From an uncultured Poribacteria bacterium (GTDB taxonomy: Bacteria; Poribacteria; WGA-4E; WGA-3G), in the NCBI GenBank assembly GCA_958295855.1, contig OY282383.1:1404481-1468480 (forward strand): DNA of 64,000 nt. Direction: 5' to 3'. This document shows, piece by piece, positions 18,704 to 29,621 of the stretch; within the stretch, counting starts at the first letter, position 1; every line of letters starts with the position of its first letter. The notes beneath the pieces were generated by a model, which was not told the origin of the DNA, searched no databases, and worked only from the letters and a program-made list of their open reading frames with translations. Made by a program: the position numbers and the translations under genes.

Positions 18704-19483
18704 ATGCCACATAAGCTAGTTGAAACAACATCTACTATTCCAGCTATCCCTTCCATCTACTCTGTCAAACTAGAAGGCTTTGAGGGACCACTTGACCTGC
18801 TCCTCCATCTTATTCAGAAAGAGGAGATGGATATTCATGACATCCACATCGCTCAGATCACCGACCGGTATTTGGAATATGTGAATTTGATGGAGCAGCT
18901 AGATTTGGATGTTGCCTCCGAATTTTTGGTCATGGCAGCAACACTTCTCCATATTAAATCGCAAAGCATCCTTCCGCACTTTCCTAGAGATGGAATCTCA
19001 GATTCTGAGCATGCTATGGGGGACGAAGAGAATCTGGTCCGGCAGCTATTGGAGTATAAACAGTTTAAAGAAGCAGCACAAGTGTTGGAAGTTTATGCAG
19101 AACGGCGCACGTCGGTATATAGCAGAAACCCGAAGTTACACGCCGATTTAGATGGAGTACGCGAATTTGAGATTAAAGCTACGCTGTTCGATCTGCTCAC
19201 CGCTTTCAAGAATGTGAATGAACGGCTTGCGGTGGTGGAACCTGAAGAGGTTTATGAAACGGTGGAAGAGGAAACAATTACCGTTGAGGGCAAAATCGCC
19301 TTGATCGAAAGGCTGTTGGCAAGTGAAGACCAGCTGCTCTTTGATGATCTATTTCCGTTATCTGCAACTCGAGCGGATAGGATCGTCACATTCCTGGCTA
19401 TTTTGGAACTTATTCGGTTAGGCACAATTGTCACTGTACAAACTGATTATTTTGAGAGTATCTATATCGTTAAACAGTTGTAG
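18704..19483 (+). CDS. scpA: segregation and condensation protein A
   Basis: EGFEGPLDLLLHLIQKEEMDI...ITDRYLEY, the ScpA N-terminus. Confidence 0.8.
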   Translation: MPHKLVETTSTIPAIPSIYSVKLEGFEGPLDLLLHLIQKEEMDIHDIHIAQITDRYLEYVNLMEQLDLDVASEFLVMAATLLHIKSQSILPHFPRDGISDSEHAMGDEENLVRQLLEYKQFKEAAQVLEVYAERRTSVYSRNPKLHADLDGVREFEIKATLFDLLTAFKNVNERLAVVEPEEVYETVEEETITVEGKIALIERLLASEDQLLFDDLFPLSATRADRIVTFLAILELIRLGTIVTVQTDYFESIYIVKQL

Positions 19484-19520
19484 GGCGGCATTGTGCTGCC
19501 AACAAATAGGAACTTTACTT

Positions 19521-20120
19521 ATGGATTCTGAATTCGGGGTTGAAAACCCCTCACACGCTGAACGTCTAATAGATGAACCTGCCCCGATATCGGGGCAAGC
19601 CCCTCAGTCGATCTTGGAGGCAATTCTGTTCGCCGCGAGCGAACCGATTTCGGTGAAACAGTTTCAACACGCGCTTCCGGGGATATCAACACGCGAGATT
19701 CGGAAGGGGCTCACCCAACTTCGCGACGACTATCAACAGATGAACCGAAGTTTCCGCCTCGTTGAAATTGCGAATGGGTATCAAATCTGTACCTGCCCTG
19801 AGTATTCGGAATGGATTCGGAAGTTTTATACCCAGCAGGTGCGCGTCACGCTGTCGCCCCCTGCACTGGAAACGCTTGCAATTGTTGCCTATAAGCAGCC
19901 TGTCACGCGCGGTGATGTAGCTGCAATTCGGGGGGTAAACAGCGATGGCGTTCTTAATTCGCTTGTTGAGAAAGGGCTTGTTCGCATCGCGGGCAGAAAA
20001 GAGGGGGCAGGCCGCTCCCTACTCTTTGCCACCACCGACACGTTCCTCCAACATTTCGGATTGAAAGACTCTTCCGAATTGCCTTCGCTTGACGAGTTTT
20101 TGTTGTTCCTTGCGGAGTAA
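19521..20120 (+). CDS. scpB: segregation and condensation protein B
   Basis: ILEAILFAASEPISVKQ, and winged-helix repeats typical of ScpB. Confidence 0.75.
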   Translation: MDSEFGVENPSHAERLIDEPAPISGQAPQSILEAILFAASEPISVKQFQHALPGISTREIRKGLTQLRDDYQQMNRSFRLVEIANGYQICTCPEYSEWIRKFYTQQVRVTLSPPALETLAIVAYKQPVTRGDVAAIRGVNSDGVLNSLVEKGLVRIAGRKEGAGRSLLFATTDTFLQHFGLKDSSELPSLDEFLLFLAE

Positions 20121-20182
20121 TATAATGGCAAGGTAGCTTTAGAGATGCACTGTAGCTCTCGTCGGAGGTTTCTGATGCAAGT
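20100..20182. repeat. D-family ~85-nt repeat
   Basis: ttccttgcggagtaat...gcactgtagctctcgtcggaggtttctgatgcaag. Confidence 0.8.
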
Positions 20183-20258
20183 TTTGGTGATACACATTTT
20201 TGTGGGCACGGTTTCTAACGGGGCTACGTCCGGGAGCGAGTGACAGCAGCGTGCAGGA

Positions 20259-20362
20259 TAGGGTAGGCACAAGGCACTACCCCTACTTTTTCAGCACAAA
20301 CCTCTACTGAAATTTGACGTGTGATTCTAGAGGTAAGGGTAGGCACAAGGCACTACCCCTAC
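20259..20362. repeat. two B-family repeats (variant gggtaggcacaaggcactacccctac)
   Basis: Copies at 20259-20287 and 20337-20362. Confidence 0.8.
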
Positions 20363-20390
20363 GGATTTCTCCGCAAGGAAAGGCGAAAAA

Positions 20391-21719
20391 ATGAACTATA
20401 ACGCATGGTTTCAGTGCAGTGAAGGCTGCAACGACACCTACCCCCTGACCGAAATTATCTACCGATGCAAAAATTGTGATGGGTTGTTAGAGGTTCGGCA
20501 CGACATCGACGCTTTGAAATCGCGCAGAGCCGACGATTGGAAATGCCTTTTTGAGCAACGCTACATGCGAACCAAATACCCTTACGGAAGCGGAGTCTGG
20601 GGAAAAAAGGAACTTGTCTGTCCCACTATTGACGATGACAACATCATCTCTATGTATGAAGGCGGGACCAACCTGTTTTGGGCAGAACGCTTCGGTGAAC
20701 AATTGGGTGCCCCTGACTTGTGGATTAAGCAATGCGGAAACAGCCACACCGGCTCCTTCAAAGACCTCGGGATGACTGTGCTTGTTTCTATGGTAAAACA
20801 GATTATCGCCGAAGGGCGAGATATCCGAGCCGTTATGTGTGCTTCTACTGGAGATACCTCAGCAGCCTTGGCAGCTTATGCCTCTGCAGCAGGTATTCCC
20901 GCGGTTATTCTCTTGCCCAAAGAAAAGGTTACGCGCGAACAACTGATTCAACCGATTGCCAACGGCGCATTGACGCTCTCACTCGAAACAGATTTTGATG
21001 GATGCATGGATGTCGTCCAAAAACTCGCCGCACGGAAGGATTTCTATCTTGCCAATTCCATTAATTCCCTCCGCATTGAGGGACAGAAAACGATTAGCAT
21101 TGAGATAGTCCAGCAGTTTGATTGGGATGTTCCAGATTGGATTATCATTCCGGGCGGCAACCTCGGCAATGTTTCGGCACTCGGGCTCGGTTTTTTAATC
21201 ATGCAGGAACTCGGTATCATTGACAAACTGCCGCGCATCGCTTGTGCACAGGCCGAACGCGCGAATCCCCTCTACCGGAGTTATCAAACTGGGTTCACAG
21301 AGTTCCACGCTATTACTGCACAATCGACGCAGGCTACAGCGATTCAGATCGGGAACCCGGTTTCGGTTCATCGGGCCATCCGAACCTTGCGCCGGTTTGA
21401 TGGCATTGTCGACCAGGCTACGGAAGAAGAATTGGCGAACGCTGCAGCAAGAGCAGATAGGACTGGACTGTTCAATTGCCCGCATACAGGTGTCGCCTTA
21501 GCAGTCCTCATAAAAATGATCGCGCGCAAGCAGATTCTCCCAGATGACAGGGTCATCGTTATCTCTACAGCAAATGGCCTCAAATTCCCGAATTTCAAAG
21601 TAGGGTATCATAATGTCGCACCTGGTGAACCGCTACCGCGCTACCTAAACAAGCCGCTTGAATTGGAAGCAGACTATGAAGGCGTTCTGAAGCAGATTGA
21701 TGCCCACCTTAATGCCTAA
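20391..21719 (+). CDS. thrC: threonine synthase
   Basis: PLP-fold type II. Lysine motif SFKDLG, and full-length similarity to the ThrC pattern. Confidence 0.8.
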   Translation: MNYNAWFQCSEGCNDTYPLTEIIYRCKNCDGLLEVRHDIDALKSRRADDWKCLFEQRYMRTKYPYGSGVWGKKELVCPTIDDDNIISMYEGGTNLFWAERFGEQLGAPDLWIKQCGNSHTGSFKDLGMTVLVSMVKQIIAEGRDIRAVMCASTGDTSAALAAYASAAGIPAVILLPKEKVTREQLIQPIANGALTLSLETDFDGCMDVVQKLAARKDFYLANSINSLRIEGQKTISIEIVQQFDWDVPDWIIIPGGNLGNVSALGLGFLIMQELGIIDKLPRIACAQAERANPLYRSYQTGFTEFHAITAQSTQATAIQIGNPVSVHRAIRTLRRFDGIVDQATEEELANAAARADRTGLFNCPHTGVALAVLIKMIARKQILPDDRVIVISTANGLKFPNFKVGYHNVAPGEPLPRYLNKPLELEADYEGVLKQIDAHLNA

Positions 21720-21744
21720 AACGCCACGTAGTTGGCGGTTATCA

Positions 21745-21832
21745 GTGTTTTTCGTCTATGCCTAGTACCTTGAGGGCATTATGTAGTCTTAAGGGCCTTG
21801 AAGATCTCGTCGGAGGTTTCTGATGTAAAGCG
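21745..21832. repeat. F-family repeat
   Basis: See 5437-5530. Confidence 0.7.
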
Positions 21833-21993
21833 GGGGTAAATACGATTCCTTGTAGGCGTGCTTTCCTAAGCGCACTTGAAAAAGAGCACGGTTGGAAACC
21901 TCGCCTACAAAGGAAAGTTAATATGAAAAATCACAGATTTTTCATAGTTTAACCTCCACAAAAGCACCTTGCTTCCTATCACATCCTACAAAT

Positions 21994-22070
21994 TTGCGTC
22001 AGAAACCTCTGACGAGATCTATAGTGCATTGTTAGACCTATCTTGCCTTCTCAATTCTCCGCAAGGAACG
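21994..22070. repeat. D-family repeat (reverse orientation)
   Basis: tgcgtcagaaacctctgacgagatctatagtgcattgttagacctatcttgccttctcaattctccgcaaggaacgac. Confidence 0.8.
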
Positions 22071-22090
22071 ACAAAAAGACTGAAAACCAG

Positions 22091-22120
22091 TTGCAATAAA
22101 CATGGAAAATATGTTATAAT
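22091..22120 (+). promoter_or_regulatory. candidate sigma70 promoter TTGCAA-18-TATAAT upstream of xylA
   Basis: TTGCAA at 22091-22096 and TATAAT at 22115-22120. An AGGAG RBS lies at 22141-22145. Confidence 0.45.
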
Positions 22121-22153
22121 TAAAAAAAACAACAAACAATAGGAGTGTAATGA

Positions 22154-23323
22154 ATGCCAGAACAGTATCAGCCTAAGCCTGAGCATAAGTTTACCTTTGG
22201 GTTGTGGACCGTGGGCAACCCAGGCCGTGATCCCTTCGGTGATGTTGTCAGGCCACCCTTGAAACCCACCTATACCGTCCAGAAATTAAGCGAACTAGGC
22301 GCGTACGGAGTCAATCTACACGATAACGACCTTGTGCCCTTTGATGCTTCAGCTGCAGAACGTGATGGAATAGTCAAAGAATTCAAGAAAGCACTCGCCG
22401 ACTACGGCATGAAAGTGCCGATGGCTACAACGAACCTCTTTTATCACCCAATCTTTAAAGATGGCGCGTTTACCTCAAATGACCCGAGGGTACGAGCGTT
22501 TGCAATCCAGAAAACTCTTAATGCGATTGACCTCGGGGTTGAATTGGGTGCAACTGTTTATGTGTTTTGGGGCGGCCGCGAAGGTGCCGAAGTCGATGCC
22601 TCTAAAAACGGACCCGATACTATTAAGTGGAACCGTGAAGCGATGAACTATTTCACGCACTACGTTAAAGACCAGGGATATGACCTCCGTTTTGCTTTGG
22701 AGGCAAAGCCGAATGAACCGCGCGGGGACATCTACCTGCCGACAACGGGACACATGCTTCACTTTATTGAGACGCTGGAGCACCCGGAAATGGTCGGCGT
22801 TAACCCCGAATTTGCCCACGAAACGATGGCAGGGCTGAATTTCATTCATGGGGTTGCACAGGCTTATGAGGCGGGAAAACTCTTCCATATTGACCTGAAC
22901 GACCAGAAGATGAGCCGGTTCGACCAGGATTTGCGCTTCGGTTCTGAAAACATTAAAGGCGCGTTCTTACTCGTCAAATTCCTTGAGGATGTTAACTGGG
23001 ACGGCTCCCGCCATTTTGACGCGCACGCCTACCGAACCGAAGATGAACAGGGCGTTTGGGACTTCGCCGCCGGGTGTATGCGCAGCTATCTGATTCTGAA
23101 AGAGAAGGCGCGCCGATTCAACGAAGATGCAGAGATTCAGGGACTTCTCGCACAACTGCAAGCACGCGATGCTGAACTTGAAGCCTTGATGGGAACTTAC
23201 ACTGCCCAAAACGCTAAAAAATTAAGAACCATAGATTTCAAACCGGACACTTTGGCTCAAAAGGGGCTTGGATACGAAAAACTAGACCAGCTCACGTTTG
23301 AAATTTTGACCGGCATTAGGTAA
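22154..23323 (+). CDS. xylA: xylose isomerase, class I (short, actinobacterial-type)
   Basis: [10 protein letters not shown]-terminus, [21 protein letters not shown], and a ~390-aa length. Confidence 0.85.
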   Translation: MPEQYQPKPEHKFTFGLWTVGNPGRDPFGDVVRPPLKPTYTVQKLSELGAYGVNLHDNDLVPFDASAAERDGIVKEFKKALADYGMKVPMATTNLFYHPIFKDGAFTSNDPRVRAFAIQKTLNAIDLGVELGATVYVFWGGREGAEVDASKNGPDTIKWNREAMNYFTHYVKDQGYDLRFALEAKPNEPRGDIYLPTTGHMLHFIETLEHPEMVGVNPEFAHETMAGLNFIHGVAQAYEAGKLFHIDLNDQKMSRFDQDLRFGSENIKGAFLLVKFLEDVNWDGSRHFDAHAYRTEDEQGVWDFAAGCMRSYLILKEKARRFNEDAEIQGLLAQLQARDAELEALMGTYTAQNAKKLRTIDFKPDTLAQKGLGYEKLDQLTFEILTGIR

Positions 23324-23343
23324 ATGGCACTGAGGGTGCATAC

Positions 23344-23372
23344 CCCTGCTTGCAGGGGAAAATACCACCCTT
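23344..23372. repeat. A-family hairpin repeat
   Basis: cccctgcttgcaggggaaaataccacc. Confidence 0.7.
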
Positions 23373-23469
23373 ACAAACCCATATTGCATTTGCATCACAC
23401 CCCTCTGACGAGATTTGTCGTATATTGCCATCCCTATCTTGCGTTTACCATGCACTGCAAAGGATTTTC

Positions 23470-23548
23470 GTCTATGCCTAGTACCTTGACAGCATTATGT
23501 AGTCTTAACGGAGAACCTTGAAGATTTCGTCGGAGGTTTCTGTTTCTC
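23470..23548. repeat. F-family repeat
   Basis: See 5437-5530. Confidence 0.7.
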
Positions 23549-23554
23549 GGAGGC

Positions 23555-25498
23555 TTGCTTATGAGTACGCTTATCATTGCAGTTTTGAGTTTTATCGGGT
23601 TCATTGTTGCCTATCATACGTATGGCAGGTGGCTCGCGAGAAAGATTTTCGGCTTGGATGCCCGCGCGACGGTGCCAAGTCAAGAACTGCGAGATGATGT
23701 CGATTACTTCCCCACCAAGAAGGAGATCATCTTTGGGCATCACTTCACGAGCATCGCTGGCACCGGGCCCATCGTTGGGCCCGCCATCGCTGTCTTTTGG
23801 GGGTGGTTGCCAGCGCTGCTGTGGGTTGTCCTCGGTTCCGTTTTTATCGGTGCTGTTCATGATTTTGGCTCGCTCGTGGTTTCCCTCCGCAATCGTGGGC
23901 AGAGCGTCGGCGAAGTCGCAGGTAGAATGATTGGTCCCCGCGCCAAATTCCTCTTCCTCTTTGTCCTCTTTATGGGTTTGACGATTGTCCTTGCCATCTT
24001 CGGCCTGGTTATCGCCCTGATTTTTTCTTACTATCCGGAATCTGTACTATCGGTTTGGATAGAAATTCCGCTTGCTGTAGCCATCGGCATCTGGATTTAT
24101 CGCAGAGGTGGCAATATTTTGCTGCCATCTATTATTGCGCTCGGTGTGATGTATATTGCCATGGGGTTCGGTGCCTACATTCTGCCGATTGATTTAGGGC
24201 AATGGCTCGGCATTCCGTTGCTTGGGAAAACCTACCTGAGCGTCGTGGTAATTTGGACGCTGGTGCTTTTTGTCTACTGCTTTATCGCCTCTGTACTACC
24301 TGTGTGGACGCTACTTCAACCGCGCGATTTTATCAACAGCCACGAATTGGTGATAGCCCTGCTGCTGTTGGTGTTGGGACTCGCCGTCGCAGGTTTGACA
24401 GGGCAAGCAAACCTAACCGCATCAGCTCCTGCCATCGCTTCGGACATTCCACCAGATGCCCCGCCGATTTGGCCATTTCTCTTCATTACGATTGCGTGTG
24501 GTGCTGTCAGCGGATTCCACTGCATGGTGAGCTCCGGTACTTCCAGCAAACAGGTTGCATCCGAAGGTGACGCGCAATACGTAGGATATGGTGCAATGTT
24601 GCTTGAGGGCGGGCTTGCCGTTATCGTTATTCTTGCCTGCTGTGCCGGCATCGGCATGGGCATTTTCAACCGCACCGGCACTGGAGCAAGTTACACGTTC
24701 CAACCAATTGTCAAGGCAGACGTTCAATTCTCGCCTGCCAATGGCATGCTTTCATCGCAACCTATTACCAATCATGAGGCGTGGCAAACCCGCTATGCAA
24801 CGGGCAAAACAGTGACAAATCCCGATGGCACAACCCAGGTGGTAGGCGGCGGTTGGGCGAGTCACAACCTCAAAGCGAAGGTAAGTGCTTTTGTCGATGG
24901 CGGCGGAAATTTCCTGGCTACCCTCGGTATCCCGCTCAAGATGGGAATTGCAATTATGGCAGTACTCGTTGCCAGTTTCGCGGCTACAACGCTAGATACA
25001 GCGACGCGGCTCCAACGGTACGTCATCCAAGAACTCGCGCAGACCGCGAACATCAAGCCCTTAATGAATCGTTACGTTGCCACTGCATTTGCGTTGGTGA
25101 TTGCTGCGGCTGTTGCCTTGCTACAGGGATCGAGTGGCCCCGGTAGTGGTGGATTGACACTCTGGCCGCTCTTCGGCGCGACAAATCAACTCTTGGCGGG
25201 ATTAGCCTTCATGGTTATTGTCTTCTATCTCCGGCGCCGCAACAAACCGATCTGGTTCGCGCTTCTCCCAATGATAGTCATGCTGTTTATGCCTGCATGG
25301 GCGATGTTACACCAAATGTTTAATCCACAAACAGGATGGATTTTTACCGGCAAATACCTACTTTTCGGATTCGGTGTTGCGGTGCAGGTGTTGCAAGTCT
25401 GGATGATAGTTGAGGGAATCATCGCGTGGCGATATGCACGTGGGAATTATCCAGAACTTCCCCCCTTGGAAACCCTCGCTACCGAAGGCGAGGCATAG
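23555..25498 (+). CDS. cstA: carbon starvation protein A (peptide/pyruvate transporter family)
   Basis: Polytopic protein of about 650 aa. CstA-typical N-terminus and a GFHCMVSSGTSSKQ motif. Confidence 0.8.
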   Translation: MLMSTLIIAVLSFIGFIVAYHTYGRWLARKIFGLDARATVPSQELRDDVDYFPTKKEIIFGHHFTSIAGTGPIVGPAIAVFWGWLPALLWVVLGSVFIGAVHDFGSLVVSLRNRGQSVGEVAGRMIGPRAKFLFLFVLFMGLTIVLAIFGLVIALIFSYYPESVLSVWIEIPLAVAIGIWIYRRGGNILLPSIIALGVMYIAMGFGAYILPIDLGQWLGIPLLGKTYLSVVVIWTLVLFVYCFIASVLPVWTLLQPRDFINSHELVIALLLLVLGLAVAGLTGQANLTASAPAIASDIPPDAPPIWPFLFITIACGAVSGFHCMVSSGTSSKQVASEGDAQYVGYGAMLLEGGLAVIVILACCAGIGMGIFNRTGTGASYTFQPIVKADVQFSPANGMLSSQPITNHEAWQTRYATGKTVTNPDGTTQVVGGGWASHNLKAKVSAFVDGGGNFLATLGIPLKMGIAIMAVLVASFAATTLDTATRLQRYVIQELAQTANIKPLMNRYVATAFALVIAAAVALLQGSSGPGSGGLTLWPLFGATNQLLAGLAFMVIVFYLRRRNKPIWFALLPMIVMLFMPAWAMLHQMFNPQTGWIFTGKYLLFGFGVAVQVLQVWMIVEGIIAWRYARGNYPELPPLETLATEGEA

Positions 25499-25593
25499 TG
25501 AGAAGGGTACACTGAAATTTTAGGAATCTTGGGCAAAGACAACCAGCAGAAAGTAGTCAATGAAGTTTTGCAGCATTTTGGAGGTCAATAAAG

Positions 25594-25995
25594 ATGGACA
25601 AGCCTTACACAATTGTTCAACAAGACGATTACAAATTGACGCTCTATCGCGGAATCGAGCCACTGCATCCCGACAACGATAATGTTGATGTTCAAGTCAC
25701 CTTTCCTAACGGAGAGAACTTCTCCGCAGTCTTTTTCACTCTTCAAAACATTGACACTTTGATGAAGCACTACAAAAAGACTGGGGAGTGTGCCGATGGG
25801 CTCTATTTTTGGGCATCTGATATGATGATTGTCCAAAAACTTACTGAAGAGACTATCTGTGAGACGATCGACAATTTACTAATCTCAGAAGAGTTTGAGT
25901 CTGTTTTTTCAAAAAATGAGGAATCTACAGATATTTCTCCTGAAGAGGAAAACAAGTTCTTCAAATGCTTTCATGAATCTTTACAGTATTCCTAA
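25594..25995 (+). CDS. hypothetical small acidic protein in a low-GC islet
   Basis: Clean 133-aa ORF. GC is about 40% versus about 52% in the flanks. No recognisable motif. Confidence 0.4.
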   Translation: MDKPYTIVQQDDYKLTLYRGIEPLHPDNDNVDVQVTFPNGENFSAVFFTLQNIDTLMKHYKKTGECADGLYFWASDMMIVQKLTEETICETIDNLLISEEFESVFSKNEESTDISPEEENKFFKCFHESLQYS

Positions 25996-26073
25996 TATCC
26001 TGTGCTGTGCCTCCGCTCGTCTACAATAAAATGCACAATAACATATCCCGCTGGCAACTTGGATAATTTACCC

Positions 26074-26568
26074 CTATGTGGCATGTCCAATGAGTAATAC
26101 GGATGCTGGCAATGATGTCGCTGCTGCCTTTTCAAATGCCCTATGGATACATTCAATATCTGCATCCGTCTCTAGCATCTCATAAGGCAAACGCCATGCC
26201 TTGAGTGTCGGTTCAAGGAAGGTGGCAACGGAGTCAACCCACTGCCCGTTCGCATTACGGTTGTGAAACCCGCGATACCCGATGAATACTACCACCGGTA
26301 CCCGCATGTTCACCACGGTGCCGCGGATAGCATCGCCGGATTCCAAAAACCCTGTATTTTGGATGATGATGACCGGCCGCTTGCCTCCGACGTACAACCC
26401 CGATGCGATAGCGAATGCTTCTCCTTCACGGGTTACGGTGATGACTTCGATCTCTGGGTCGGCTCGCAGGAGCTCATAAATCCGGGCACTGCCGTTATCC
26501 GGTACACCTACGGCATGGGTAATGTGCTGTTTCTTCAGTTCGTCTACAATGTTTTGTGCTGATGCCAA
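26074..26568 (-). CDS. TPP-binding N-terminal-domain protein, sulfopyruvate/phosphonopyruvate decarboxylase alpha-subunit-like
   Basis: About 165 aa, resembling the ComD alpha subunit: HAVGVPDNGS...IQNTGFLESG...FIGYRG. No beta subunit is adjacent. Confidence 0.55.
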   Translation of the reverse strand: MASAQNIVDELKKQHITHAVGVPDNGSARIYELLRADPEIEVITVTREGEAFAIASGLYVGGKRPVIIIQNTGFLESGDAIRGTVVNMRVPVVVFIGYRGFHNRNANGQWVDSVATFLEPTLKAWRLPYEMLETDADIECIHRAFEKAAATSLPASVLLIGHAT

Positions 26569-26580
26569 GTTGTGCTCCTA

Positions 26581-26652
26581 GGTTTAACGGCACGGAGGTT
26601 GGTATTTGCCCCTGCTTTGCAGGGGTTAACACTCTTAGTGTGCCTACGATTT
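26581..26652. repeat. nested repeat: C-family palindrome (ggcacgg...gtgcctac) with an A hairpin inserted in its loop
   Basis: ggtttaacggcacggaggttggtatttgcccctgctttgcaggggttaacactcttagtgtgcctacg. A near-identical copy lies at 28621-28694 on the other side of acs. Confidence 0.8.
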
Positions 26653-26657
26653 AAGGG

Positions 26658-28601
26658 CTACCGTCTGCCTTCAACCAATGCGTCAACCACTGTCGGATCG
26701 GCAAGGGTTGATGTGTCACCGAGTTCAGAGATGTCTCCTTCCGCGATTTTGCGGAGGATGCGCCGCATAATCTTGCCTGACCGGGTTTTTGGCAAGGCAG
26801 GCGTAAACTGGATCTTGTCGGGCGTGGCGATAGGTCCGATTTGTTGCCGCACCGCTTGTTTGATGCCCGTTTCTACTGTGTCAGAGGCAGATTCGCCTGT
26901 CATGAGGGTGACATACGCATAGATGCCTTGTCCCTTTATGTCGTGTGGGTATCCGACGACTGCAGCTTCTGCTACCGCTGCGTGTTGCCCGATCGCCCCT
27001 TCTACCTCGGCTGTGCCTAATCTGTGCCCGGAGACATTTAGCACATCGTCCACGCGGCCTGTAATCCAATAATAGCCGTCTTCATCGCGTAGTACACCGT
27101 CGCCAGTCATATAATAACCGGGGAACCGGCGAAAATAGGTATCAAGAAATCGCTCATGGTCTCCGTACACTGTTCGCATAATGCCAGGCCACGCTGTTTT
27201 AATACAGAGATAGCCGGTGGCGGGGTTGCCCTCCACCTCATTGCCAGCTTCATCCAAAATCACAGGTTCAATGCCAAAGAAGGGGAACGTAGCGGAGCCC
27301 GGCTTCAGTGGTGTCGCCGCGGGCAGGGGAGTTATCAGAATTCCGCCCGTTTCAGTCTGCCACCACGTATCTACAATCGGGCACCGTTCCTCGCCGACTG
27401 TGTTGTAATACCACAACCACTCTGGTTCTTTGATGGGTTCGCCGACTGTGCCGAGCAACCTAAGTGTGGTTCTGTCATACGGCTCAACCCACGCATCGCC
27501 TTCCTTCATCAAAGCGCGCAGAGCTGTGGGTGCTGTGTAAAAGATATTGATGCGATGCTTTTCGACTACCTGCCAAAAGCGTCCGAAGTCCGGATAATTC
27601 GGCACGCCTTCAAACATAACGCTAATGGCTCGATTTGCAAGCGGCCCGTAGATGATGTAAGAGTGCCCAGTAATCCAGCCGATATCCGCAGTGCACCAAT
27701 AGATGTCGCCTTCGTGGTAGTCAAAAATCTGTTGGTGTGTGTAGGAGGTATAGACAAGATAGCCACCTGTGGTGTGCAAAACGCCCTTCGGTTTTCCAGT
27801 TGACCCGGAGGTATAGAGAATGAAAAGCGGGTCTTCAGCATTCATTACTTCGGGTTCGCATGCTGTATCTGCTGTTGCCATTGCTTCGTGCCACCAAATA
27901 TCGCGCGCCGCGTCAAAATCAACCGCGTCGCCTGTGCGTTCCACGACAACTACCTTTTCAATAGAGGGGCACGCTGCAACCGCCGCGTCTGCGTTCGCCT
28001 TCATCGGGATGTCACTGCGGGGTCCGCGCATTGCGGTATCTTGCGTTATCAGGAGTTTGCAGGCGGAGTCGTTAATCCGATCTCTGAGGGATTCTGCTGA
28101 AAATGCGCCGAAGACGATGGAGTGAACGGCACCAATCCTTGCACACGCCAACATTGCAATCGCCAACTCTGGCACCATCTGTAGGTAGATACAGACCCGG
28201 TCGCCTTTCTCAATGCCTTGTGCTTTCAGGACATTAGCAAACTTTTTGACCTCGGCGAGGAGTTCACTGTAACTGAACGTCTTATCTTCAGAGGGATGGT
28301 TTCCTTCCCAGATAATAGCGGTTGCATCGCCGTGGCCTGCTTCCACGTGCCGGTCGAGGCAGTTATAGCATGCGTTCAGCGTGCCGCCTTCAAACCATTT
28401 TATTTCCGCGTTGACAAAGTCATAATCGCGAATCGTATCCCATTTTTGATACCACGTCAACCGTTCTGCAATTGTTGCCCAAAACGCTTCCTGGTTTTGA
28501 ATGGATTCGGCGTATTGTGCTTGATATGCTTCTAAACTGTTGACGTGTGCGTCACCGATTGGATAGGCAGTTTCCACCGGTGGAAAAACGTTGTTAGCCA
28601 T
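26658..28601 (-). CDS. acs: acetyl-coenzyme A synthetase (acetate--CoA ligase)
   Basis: 647 aa. AMP-binding motif [11 protein letters not shown] and an Acs-typical N-terminus. Confidence 0.85.
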   Translation of the reverse strand: MANNVFPPVETAYPIGDAHVNSLEAYQAQYAESIQNQEAFWATIAERLTWYQKWDTIRDYDFVNAEIKWFEGGTLNACYNCLDRHVEAGHGDATAIIWEGNHPSEDKTFSYSELLAEVKKFANVLKAQGIEKGDRVCIYLQMVPELAIAMLACARIGAVHSIVFGAFSAESLRDRINDSACKLLITQDTAMRGPRSDIPMKANADAAVAACPSIEKVVVVERTGDAVDFDAARDIWWHEAMATADTACEPEVMNAEDPLFILYTSGSTGKPKGVLHTTGGYLVYTSYTHQQIFDYHEGDIYWCTADIGWITGHSYIIYGPLANRAISVMFEGVPNYPDFGRFWQVVEKHRINIFYTAPTALRALMKEGDAWVEPYDRTTLRLLGTVGEPIKEPEWLWYYNTVGEERCPIVDTWWQTETGGILITPLPAATPLKPGSATFPFFGIEPVILDEAGNEVEGNPATGYLCIKTAWPGIMRTVYGDHERFLDTYFRRFPGYYMTGDGVLRDEDGYYWITGRVDDVLNVSGHRLGTAEVEGAIGQHAAVAEAAVVGYPHDIKGQGIYAYVTLMTGESASDTVETGIKQAVRQQIGPIATPDKIQFTPALPKTRSGKIMRRILRKIAEGDISELGDTSTLADPTVVDALVEGRR

Positions 28602-28620
28602 TTGTTTTTTCTCCCATAAG

Positions 28621-28694
28621 GGTTTAACGGCACGGCGGTTGGTATTTGCCCCTGCTTTGCAGGGGTTAACACTCTTAGTGTGCCTACTACTTTG
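28621..28694. repeat. nested C[A] repeat, second copy flanking acs
   Basis: See 26581-26652. Confidence 0.8.
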
Positions 28695-28826
28695 GGCACC
28701 CGGATGTTTCTTGAAGGTGCGGTGCCAGATTTCTTTTGTATAATCGGGCAGCCGCGTTCCTCTCTAAACCATTCTATAGTAAAACTTAGAATCTGTCAAG
28801 TTACGAGCGAAGGTGCTCAGGGATTT

Positions 28827-28911
28827 TCGTCATGCCTTGCGGAGAATGCAGAATGCAAGACAGGTGTGACAATGCACTATAGCTCTCGTCGGAGGTTTCT
28901 GACGCAAGGTT
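28827..28911. repeat. D-family repeat
   Basis: ttttcgtcatgccttgcggagaatgcagaatgcaagacaggtgtgacaatgcactatagctctcgtcggaggtttctgacgcaagg. Confidence 0.8.
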
Positions 28912-28949
28912 TACCTTCTGAAGAGGGGAATGGCGCCCAGAGGTTGTTC

Positions 28950-29180
28950 CTAAAAAGGAGCGCGAGTACTTGAAATGATTCCATATTCTTTGCACTTCTC
29001 GATTATTACTTCTTCATTTTTGCAGTTTTCCAGAATGAAGTAATTCTCCTTCAAATCCCTGATCTTGTTAATAGAAATGCTCTTCTGATTCAGGTGTTCA
29101 ATGAGAATCGTCGGAACAAAATATAGTTCAAACGCGTTATCGTCTGAATGTAAGAAATAAAAAAGTTGTTCGCTAGTCAC
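28950..29180 (-). CDS. hypothetical small protein (AT-rich islet); N-terminus contributed by an E-repeat
   Basis: 76-aa ORF at about 35% GC. The first residues MTSEQLFYFL are encoded by the reverse strand of the E element. An upstream ~45-aa ORF at 29319..29185 may be the original 5' part of the same gene. Confidence 0.3.
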   Translation of the reverse strand: MTSEQLFYFLHSDDNAFELYFVPTILIEHLNQKSISINKIRDLKENYFILENCKNEEVIIEKCKEYGIISSTRAPF

Positions 29181-29193
29181 TCACAACTTGGGT
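29142..29193. repeat. E-family element (hairpin aagttgt...acaactt preceded by gtaagaaataaaaa)
   Basis: Read on the opposite strand it is hairpin + TTTTTTATTTCTT, an intrinsic-terminator shape. Confidence 0.7.
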
Positions 29194-29526
29194 GAATCCC
29201 AATGACAACATCTGAGGTTGTAGTGGATTGCGTACGCTGGCAGATGTACAGGAATATCACCATCTACCCGAATAATGCTTTCGCCAAAGTCGTTTATAAT
29301 TTCGGTAATGTTGTCCATGATTTGTTCGTATGTTACCCCTGCTTTGCAGGGGCTAATACCCTTTGCTCAAAACCGATCTGTGCCCCTGTTCTGTCCATTC
29401 CAACACCTTGTTTAGAGGACGCGGTTAGGTGTTGCGCCGCGATGCTGCACAAGAATTGTCCAAACTTCAGTAAATTATAGCACAATTGTCGAAAAAGTGC
29501 AATAATAGTATCAAAGTCTGGCAGGG

Positions 29527-29621
29527 TGGGCAGGCACAAGGCACTGCCCCTACAATGAAAGGTCAACCCAAATTCTGCGGATACGCGGCAGAATAGGCAG
29601 GCACAAGGCACTGCCCCTACA
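29527..29621. repeat. two B-family repeats; the distal one supplies the stop codon of the CPBP gene
   Basis: Copies at 29527-29554 and 29595-29621. The minus-strand stop TAG is the complement of the cta in ccccTAc. Confidence 0.8.
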
